The notes under the pieces: generated by a model
Database searches by the model: none
The model's input: only the letters and a program-made list of their open reading frames with translations
Told to the model about the DNA's origin: nothing
Program-made: the position numbers and the translations under genes
From: the human T2T-CHM13v2.0 reference genome, Homo sapiens
Strand: one strand, 5' to 3'
Length of the DNA stretch: 64,000 nt
Assembly: GCF_009914755.1 (NCBI RefSeq)
Contig: NC_060925.1
Shown here: positions 55,322-64,000 of the stretch, in pieces
Layout of the letters: every line of letters starts with the position of its first letter
How positions within the stretch are numbered: the stretch's first letter is position 1

Positions 55322-55727
55322 TTTCATTCGCGTCCTTGTGAAGAGACCACCAAACAGGCTTTGTGTGAGCAATAAAGCTTTTAATCATCTGGGTGCAAGC
55401 GGGCTGAGTCTGAAAAGAGAGTCAGGGAAGGGAGATAAGGGTGGGGCCATTTTATAGGATTTGGGTAGATAAAGGAAAATTACAGTCAAAGGGGGTTGTT
55501 CTCTTGTGGGCAGGAGTGGGGGTCACAAGGAGTGAGGGAGCTTTTGAGCCAGGATGAGCCAGGAGAAGGAATTTCACAAGACAATGTCATCGGTTAAGGC
55601 AGGAACAGGCCATTTTCACTTCTTTTGTGGTGGAATGTCATCAGTTAAGGCAGGAACCGGCCATCTGGATGTGTACGTGCAGGTCACAGGGGATAAGATG
55701 GCTTAGCTTGTGCTCAGAGGCCTCACA
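55322..55727 (-). mobile_element. HERV-H 3' LTR (LTR7)
   Basis: Direct repeat of 60643-61049, preceded on the minus strand by the PPT aagaagacaggaa (55728-55740). ATTAAA polyadenylation signal. Confidence 0.95.
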
Positions 55728-57582
55728 TTCCTGTCTTCTTATATTAATAAGAAAAATAAAACGAAATAGTGGTAAAGTGTTGGGACGGTGAAAATTTTGG
55801 GGGACGGTATGGAGAGATAATGGGCGATGTTTCTCAGGGCTGCTTCGAGCGGGATTAGGGGCGGCGTGGGAACCTAGAGTGGGAGAGATTAAGCTGAAGG
55901 AAAATTTTGTGGTAAGGGGTGATATTGTGGGGTTGTTAGAAGAAACATTCGTCATTTAGAATGATTGGTGATGGCCTGGATACAGTTTTGTATGAATTGA
56001 AAAACTAAACAGAATAAGAGAAGGAGAAAAACAGGTATTAAAGGACTCAGAATTGGGAGGACCTACGACATCTAATTAGAGAGTGCCTAAGGTGGTTCAG
56101 CATAGCCTTGCCAGTAAAGATTATTTATTTACTTTAAGAGTTAAGAGTGGTGGTTTGGGGATAGCACGAGGAGATATCAGCTGTGATGGCTTGGAGAAAC
56201 AGTGTAAACTGGCAGTGTAAACAAGAGCAGGGCATGTATGAGTAGATGAGAACGGTGAATAGGAGTATGACTAGACAGAAGACAGTAGGGATGACAAGTT
56301 TTTTGGGGGCACAGTCTAAGTTGGTCTGATGTCTGGAATGAGACTGGGGCCTAATAAAAAGGAGCATTTATACAGGAGCTCAAATGGGCTGTACCCTGTA
56401 GCATTCTGAGGACAGGTCTGACTTCTGAGAAGGGAAAGTGGCAAAAGTATTGTCCAGTCCTTTTTAAGTTGGTGGCTGAGCTTGGTGAGGTGTGTTTTTA
56501 AAAGACCTTTAGTCCATTCTACTTTTCCTGAAGATGGAGGACCGTAAGGGATATAAAGGTTTCACTGAATACTAAGAGCCTGAAAAACTGCTTGGCTGAT
56601 TTGACTAATAAAGGTTGGTCTGTTATCAGACTATATAGAGGTGGGAAGGCTAAACTGAGGAATTATGTCTGACAGAAGGGAAGAAATGACTACGGTGGCC
56701 TTCTGAGACCCTGTAGGAAAGGCCTGTACCTATCCAGTGAAAGTGCCTATCTAGACTAAGAGGTATTTTAGTTATCTGACTCGGGACATGTTGAGTAAAG
56801 CTAATTTGCCAGTCCTGGGTGGGGGCAAATCCTTGAGCTTGATGTGTAGGGAAGGGAGGGGGCCTGAATAATCCCTAAGGAGTAGTAGAATAGCAGATGA
56901 ACACTGAGAAGTTATTTCCTTGAGGATAGATTTCCACGATGGAAAGAAAATGAGAGGTTCTAAGAGGCGGGCTAGTGGCTTGTACTATAGCATAGCCTGC
57001 CTTTGCTGGTGTGTGGTGATGAGGCCTGGTGGAACTGCCATCAATAAATCAAGTGTGATCAGGGTGAGGAACAGGAAAGAAGGAAATATGGGGAAATGTG
57101 GTGAATGTCAGGTGGATCAGAGAGATACAGTCATGGGGGTCAGGTGTGGTATCAGGAATAATGTGGGAGGCCAGATTGAAGTCCGGGCCAGGAACAATGG
57201 TAATTGTGGGACTTAACAAAGAGTGAGTACAGCTGAAGGAGCCAGGGAGCCGAAAGTATATGCGTCAGGTATGAGGAAGAAAATAGATTTTGGAAGTTAT
57301 GAGAAATATAGAGAGTAAGTTGAGCATAGTTTGTGATTTTGAGGGCCTCTAAAAGTATTAGGGTGGCAGCAGCTGCTGCATGGAGACATGAGGGCTAGGC
57401 TAAAACAGTAAGGTCAAGTTGTTTGCACAGAAAGGCTACAGGGTGCGGTCCTGGCTCTTGTGTAAGAATTCTGACCGCACTAACCATGCCTAGGCAGGAA
57501 AGGAGTTGTTTTTTAAGGGATTGAGGTTTGGGAGATTAATCGGACACAATCAGCAGGGAGAGCACGTGTGTTTTTATGTGAA

Positions 57583-58102
57583 TTATGTGGAGATAGGTAA
57601 CAGATGAGGATGAAATTTGGGCTTGACTGAGATAATGGGGGCTGTCTGTGAAGCCTTGTGGCAGTACAGCCTAGGTAATTTGCTGAGCCTAATGGGTGTC
57701 AGGGTCAGTCCAGGTGAAAGCAAAGCAAGGCTGGGACGCAGGGTGCAGGGGAATAGTGAAAAAAGCATCTCTAAGATCCAGAACAGAATAGTGAGTTGTG
57801 GAGGAAGGTATTGAGCACAAAAGAGTGTATGGGTTTGGCACCACAGGATGGATAGGCAAAACAATTTGGTTGATAAGGCGCAGATCCTCAACTAATCTGT
57901 AAGACTTGTCCAGTTTTTGGACAGGTAAAATGGGGGAATTGTAAGGAGAGTTTATAGGTTTTAGAAGCCCATGCTGTAGCAGGCAAGTGATAACAGGCTT
58001 TAATCCTTTTAAAGCATGGTGTGGGATGGGATATTGGCATTGAGCGGGGTAAGGGTGATTAGGTTTTAATGAGATGGTAAGGGGTGCATGATCGGTCGCC
58101 AA
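57583..58102 (-). pseudogene. pol: HERV-H pol (reverse transcriptase N-terminal) remnant
   Basis: ORF track: SPYNSPILPVQK...YRLVEDLRLIN...VPNPYTLL...YSVLDLRDAFFTIPLHP...FAFTWTDP. Continues past a stop as QGFTDSPHYLSQAQISSS, with the YxDD region deleted. Confidence 0.92.
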
Positions 58103-58539
58103 GGAGGGAGTAGAGGTATCTTATACTTGTGGGTTAAGGTGGGGGATACAAGAGGAGGACGCAAAGGAGGCTTTGGATTGGGAAGAAGGGCGGCAATGAG
58201 ATGTAGCTGTAGTCCAGGAATAGTCAGGGAAGCAGATAATTTAGTTAAAGTGTCTCGGCCTAATAAGGGAACTGGGCAGGTGGGGATAACTAAAAGGAGT
58301 GCTTAGAAGAGTATTGTCTAAGTTGGAACCAGAGTTGGGGAGTTTTAAGAGGTTTAGAAGCCTGGCCGTCAATACCCACAACAGTTATGGAGGCAAGGGA
58401 AACAGGCCCTTGAGAAGAAGGTAATGTGGAGTGGGTAGGCTCCGTATTGATTAAGAAGGGGACAGACTTACCCTCCGCTGTGAGAGTTACCTAGAGCATC
58501 TGTGATGGTCCTGTAGGCTTCTGAGGTGATTGGGCAGTG

Positions 58540-58869
58540 TCAGTCTTCAGCTGCTAAGCCAAGAAGATCTGGGAAGGAGTCAGCCAGAGAGCCTTGGGCC
58601 AGAATTCCAGGGGCTCTGGGAGTGGTTGCCAATTGAGTTGAACAGTCTGATTTCCAGTGGGGTCCCGCACAGATGGGACACGGCTTAGGAGGAATCCCGG
58701 GCTGCGGGCATTCCTTGGCCTGGTGGCCAAATTTCTGGCACTTGTAGCAAGCTCCTGGGGGAGGAGGTTCTGGAAGAACGCCTGGCTGCTGCGGTTCAGG
58801 CGTTTGGAAGTTTTTGTGTGCTGGAGATGTGGCTGGGGTTTGTCTCACAGTGGAGGCAAGTAATTGCAA
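58540..58869 (-). pseudogene. gag: HERV-H gag nucleocapsid remnant
   Basis: Two CCHC knuckles, [14 protein letters not shown] and [13 protein letters not shown], ending DLLGLAAED*. Confidence 0.92.
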
Positions 58870-60490
58870 CTCAGAAATACATTGCTACTTGGCTGCCTCT
58901 ACTCTATTATTGTACACCTTGAAGGTGAGGTTAATTAAGTCCTGTTGTGGGGTTTGAGGGCCGGAATTTAATTTTGGAGTTTTATTTAACGTCAGGAGTG
59001 GATTGGATAATAAAATGTATATTGACAATAAGACGGCCTTTTGACCTTCTAGGGTCTAGGGCTGTAAAGCATCTCAGAGTTGCTGCCAAACGAGCCATGA
59101 ACTGTGCTGGATTTTTATATTTGATGAAAAAGAGCCTAAACGCTATCTGATTTGGGATAAAGAAAAAGGAGCATTAAAGTTGACTATGCCTTTAGCTCCA
59201 GCCACCTTTTATAAGAGTAAATTGCTGGGCAGGTGGGGGAGGGCTAGTCACGGAACAAAACTGTAAGCCCGACCGGGTGTGAGGAGGGGAGGTGATAAAA
59301 GGATTATAGGGTGGAGGAGCAGAGGCTGAGGAAGAATTGGGACCTAGCTCTGCCTGGTGAGGAGGGGAGAGGTCAGCTAGGTCTGTAGAAAAGGAAGATT
59401 AGAAAGACTCAGTGACGCTTGGGGTTGGAACTGAGGGGACAGGCGGGAGGGAAAGAAGGAAGATTTGGGATGACTTGCACTGGGCACAGAGACTAGGAAG
59501 GGACCGACGTGTAAAAGAATGCCTGGACGTCAGGCACCTCAGACCGTTTGCCCGTTTTACTACAAGAATTATTTAGATCTTGCAGGATGGAAAAATTGAA
59601 AGTGCTGTTTTCTGGCTATTTGGAACTACTGTCGAGTTTGTATTGGGGTCAAGTGGCATTGCAGAAGAAAATAAGATGCTTAGATTTTAGGTCAGGTGAG
59701 AATTGAAGAGGTTTTAAGTTCTTAAGAACACAGGATAAGGGAGAAGAAGGAGGAATCTCCTTCCACTATGGGTGGAAGGTTGTCCATAGTGAAGGAGGCA
59801 AGCCCAGAGAAAAGAGAGTAGAGACATGGAGGGAAGGGGTTTGGGGGTTCTTACCCTCCAGAAAAGTGGGAAAGGGGTCGGGGCACAGAGATACGAGGTC
59901 GGAGTGCGGAAATAAGGGATTGGGGCACAGAGATATAAGAGGTTGGGGCACAGAAATAAGGGATCGGTGCGCAGAGATATAAGAGGTTGGGGTGCAGAAA
60001 TAAGGGATCAGGGTGCAGAGATATAAGGGGTTGGGGTACTTGCTCCTCCCCTAGAAAAGTGGGACTTGCTGCTAAGGGTGAAGGAGAAGGGGTTGGGGGT
60101 TTCTTGCCCCCCAGAATGGCAGAGAAGGGGTAGAGACATGGAGAGAAGGGGTTGGGGTACTTGCCCCTCCCACAGAAAAGCAGGACTTGCCGCTAAGGGT
60201 GAAGGACCAAGGCAGGCGTCCCTGCATGGTCTGACACCACTGAAACCTGGGTGAATAATCAGAGAGGTGTCCTTGCAATGATTAAACACCAAGGGAAGCC
60301 TGCCTTCCCAGTCCGTGACCGGCGCCGGAGTTTTGGGTCCATGGATAAAACTTGTCTCCTTTGTCTCTACCAGAAAATGAAAGGAATTGAAATTAAGAGA
60401 AGGGAGAGATTGAAGTGTGGCGCCAAGATTGAAAGGAGAAAGAGGTTGAGGGATAATGAGGGAGGTTGTAGAAGAGAGTAAAAAGAGGCC

Positions 60491-60499
60491 GCTTACCAG
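60491..60499 (-). promoter_or_regulatory. HERV-H leader major splice donor
   Basis: The minus strand reads CTG/GTAAGC about 145 nt downstream of the 5' LTR. Confidence 0.75.
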
Positions 60500-60622
60500 A
60501 TTTGAAATTGGTGAGATGTTTCTTGAGCTGGTTGGTCTGAGGACTTGAGGTCATAGGTGGACCTTTCTCATGGAGCAAAAAGCAGGAGGACAGGGGATTG
60601 ATCTCCCAAGGGAGGTCCCCCC

Positions 60623-60640
60623 ATCCGAGTCACGGCACCA
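60623..60640 (-). other. Primer binding site for tRNA-His
   Basis: The minus strand reads TGGTGCCGTGACTCGGAT, an 18-nt complement of the tRNA-His 3' end. Confidence 0.95.
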
Positions 60641-60642
60641 AA

Positions 60643-61049
60643 TTTCATGCACGTCTGTGTGAAGAGACCACCAAATAAGCTTTGTATGAGCAATAAAGCT
60701 TTTAATCACCTGGGTGCAGGCGGGCTGAGTCCGAAAAGAGAGTCAGCGAAGGGAGATAAAAGTGGGGCCATTTTATAGGATTTGGGTAGATAAAGGAAAA
60801 ATACAGTCAAAGGGGGTTGTTCTCTGGTGGGCAGGAGTGGGGGTCACAAGGTACTCAGTGGGGGAGCTTTTGAGCCAGAATGAGCCAGAAGGAATTTCAC
60901 AAGACAATGTCATCAGTTAAGGCAGGAACAGGCCATTTTCACTTCTTTTGTGGTGGACTGTGGTCAGTTAAGGCAGGAACCGGCCATCTGGATGTGTATG
61001 TGTAGGTCACAGGGGAATGATGGCTTAGCTTGGGCTCAGAGGCCTGACA
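60643..61049 (-). promoter_or_regulatory. HERV-H 5' LTR (LTR7), candidate promoter/enhancer
   Basis: tgtcaggcctctgagcccaagc start, TATA box cctataaaa (~60772-60780) and SOX-like CATTGTC (~60904-60910). Confidence 0.9.
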
Positions 61050-61179
61050 CTACCACGTGTTTTTCACTATATGTATAATATCATATATTATATATTATAC
61101 TTTATATATTATAATATATAACATATATGTATATTTGGAAAATTAATCATGAAAAACCATCAGATTTTAGGGAACTTTT

Positions 61180-61370
61180 TTTTTACCTAAACATATTTGA
61201 CAATGATTCAATCATCTAAATTTTGAAGTTAGCAATTTACTATTCCCATTTTAAAGATGAGAAAAAGAAAGCTTATAGTAATTCAATAACTTGCCCAGTA
61301 TCACCAAAATTGTGAGTGGATTAGAATTCAGTCATGATCTTACCAATTTCTTACTATTTCCAGAACTACC
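61180..61370 (-). mobile_element. MIR SINE
   Basis: tattcccattttaaagatgagaaaa...aataacttgcccagtatcac. Confidence 0.7.
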
Positions 61371-61879
61371 ACACTACCCTAAACTACTCACATCTGTATT
61401 AGTATAAGAACCTCTTGAAGGTTCTCTTTGTTTTTATCATTCCTCAGTGAGCACCCTTCCTACCCAACTATACTGTGTATAATAGCCAAAGAGCATTTTT
61501 TAATTAAAAATTCTAATAGTGCCCAATTGTGTTCAGAATATACTTTACTCTACCATGGCCTACAAGGCAACATCGAATTTAGCTTTTGACTACTTAATGG
61601 TTCGGTATCTTTCCACTTCCTTTCTTCACTCCTCCCCCTCAATATCCACCCTCCTTACAGGACTTTTTTACTTCATACTCGCCTTTTGGCTACTAACTTA
61701 TTTTTCTTATGAAATTGCCTCCCCCCCAACCCAGACCTTACTATGGCTATGCCTCTTTCCCATATCTCATTGGCCACATGAATGGCTCTCCTGACAACAC
61801 CATCTAACATAGTCTTCAACTCTCATCAATTTCCATTCAACTAGTTTAGTTTATTTTCTTCAAAACATGGCATTACTCA

Positions 61880-62270
61880 TTAATTCAACAATATTTACTG
61901 CGTACCCATGGTGCCTGTCATTGTTCTAGTCTTCAGAATACAGCAATAAATAAAATAGACAAAAAGATCCTAGCTACATAAAGTGTACATTCTAGTTGGG
62001 TGAGAAAGTCAATAGAGAACTAAGTAAGTACAATCAATGATATGTGATGTGTTATATAGTAGAAGTAAATAAGTACAATCAATGAGCAGTAATGTGTTAT
62101 ATAGAAAAAATAAAGCAAGAAGATAATAGTGTTGTATAGTAGAAACAATGTTGCAATTTTAAATAGATGCTTAGGAAGAGCCTCTTTGAGAAGAATGGAT
62201 TTAAGCCAAGACCTGAAGGAGCAGAGGAAATGAGCTGTGCTTATATCTGAAGAAAGAAAATTTTAGGTGC
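61880..62270 (-). mobile_element. L2 3' fragment nested in an opposite-strand L2 (~61400-62400)
   Basis: attcaacaatatttactgcgtac...tacagcaataaataaaatagacaaaa...gcctctttgagaag...agacctgaagga. Confidence 0.75.
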
Positions 62271-64000
62271 ATGCTTTGACATTCTTGAAATATACTTTTA
62301 TTAGCCTTTCCCCCCATTAGAATCTAGTTCCATGAAATCAGGACCTTGTCTGGTACTGTACCCTTAGAACTTACAATAATGCCTGCCATATGAGATACAC
62401 TTTCATATCTAACAATTTTCTTCTGTTTGTTTCCAGTACATTCCTCAGTGGTGAATTTTGTATTATTATTTTTTAATACAAAAGCATATTGGATTACTGT
62501 CATCAGGGAAATGCTGTCTAAATTCTTTTCCTGGTCTAACTGACATTTTATACATGCATTCTTATTATGCTTCTGTACTCATATTATCTTACACTTGAAT
62601 GCATTCAAATTTCCCTGCCACTTTTCTAACTACTTCTGCAGCCTCATAAAATCTTCCTACTTTATAGCCATTAGCTTGAGATTTTGCTACCTGCCCAGAA
62701 GTTTAGTATTCTTTTCAAAATTATGAATCTTACTATGTACTTCCTCCCTGTCCCATGTATATAAATATTTATATAAATGTTGCGACTAGCCACAACAAAG
62801 TGTTTTTATTCTGAGGCTTGTGCACATATTCCTACCTTTTATCTCTAATTTCCACACTTTATTCCTGAAAAAACAAAATAATGAGTCTAGAATTTACCTC
62901 TAGACCTCAAGTTTCTTAAGTGTTTCTGATATTATCTGGTATGTGCAACTTTGGCAAAACCTATTTGTATGATTATTCCTTGTATTTCCTCTCCTTTCAC
63001 TCTCCGACCCCAATATACCAACTTATTTCAATTCTTAATATTGATTATGTCTCCCACACCCACTTATTTACTCCATGCTAGTTTATTCTCTTCTGTTTTA
63101 GCTTTCGTTTTGATTATTCTTAACCCAGTAGGTATTATGAATCCAAGTCTACTGAAATTCCAATTACAAAAAAAAGTGTTTCTGTGCAGAATGATTTCTG
63201 CATTTATACAGTAAAAGCCGAAAGACTTTTCATCTTTAATCTGATTATAGAGAAACCTGAATCATAAAGAGTATAAGGAATTCTAAATAATTATGTTAAA
63301 TTTCTTCTTTTTTTTTTTTAATCTTTGTAAGGGCATTTGTTAGATATGATTTTCCAATCATTTTCTGGGTTTTTTTTTCTTCATAAAGGTAGCAATATCC
63401 TAAATCAGGAAGCTCTTTGCATCTGCTAGATCTAAGTATGCCTTGGTTACAAAAAATTTAAAAAGTCAGACAACTTAATTCAGAGTATTTACATAAAACT
63501 GGCAAGAAGTCAAGTTTCCCATTTTGTGTTGAGTGAGGCACGCTGCCTCGCTTGCAAAGATCTGGTGGAGATATAGCAAGTAGCTGGCAGAGCAAGCAGT
63601 CTGCTGGGTGTCTCTAAGTTACCTGCAGAGCAGGCAGTCTGGATTATTCTCTCAGCCTCCTGTGCATATTTTACAGATGCCACTTCACATTCTTTCTGGA
63701 GTCCTCAGGAGCATTTGAAATTCAGAGGCTTGGCAAAGGCATGCTTATCTGATGCTTTCTTATTTGATCTTGCCGAAAGGGGTGATTCTTTGAAAGTGTG
63801 GAAATACCTTACCAAGGTACATCAACAGATGTATAGTTACTGAAACTCATTTTAAATACCTAAGGGGATTCATTCTCCTGACATACATTTAATTCCCATT
63901 ATGATTAATGGGAGCATTACTTGATGTACAACATGCCCCTGCCTTTAGATGGCTAATGTCTGCAGAGGAAGGAACCGTCAGCAAAATTATGAACTCGATT

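Larger units (their letters stand above)
55322..61049 (-). mobile_element. HERV-H provirus, two LTRs, internally deleted (~5.7 kb)
   Basis: Paired LTR7s, tRNA-His PBS, gag zinc knuckles, RT remnant and PPT. Flanks ttac/ctac. Confidence 0.97.

Noticed and set aside
57583-58869. Functional HERV-H Gag/Pol proteins
   Set aside because: Fragmented by stops and frameshifts, and the RT catalytic motif is deleted.
60623-60640. tRNA gene
   Set aside because: Only the 18-nt retroviral PBS; no cloverleaf or A/B boxes.

Overview
AT-rich catarrhine/hominoid (probably human) non-coding genomic DNA, dominated by interspersed repeats. I can support no protein-coding exon, RNA gene, CpG island or CRISPR array. 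The ORFs in the track are repeat-derived or chance frames. Main elements: (i) a ~5.7-kb two-LTR HERV-H provirus of the common internally deleted type (55322-61049, minus strand) with a perfect tRNA-His PBS and an intact leader splice donor; (ii) an old MER4/MER34-group ERV1 provirus (20477-28139, plus strand) with gag, integrase and env remnants, whose PBS is split by an LTR32-like insertion and whose 3' LTR is missing; (iii) two solo LTR12 (ERV9) elements; (iv) many Alu, L1M, L2, MIR, MaLR and DNA-transposon relics, often nested. Several small templated or inverted micro-rearrangements are also visible. Repeat subfamily names come from my recollection of consensus sequences and need RepeatMasker/Dfam confirmation. 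I found no convincing evidence of a new biological system. The best leads are ERV-derived promoters and DNA-repair scars.
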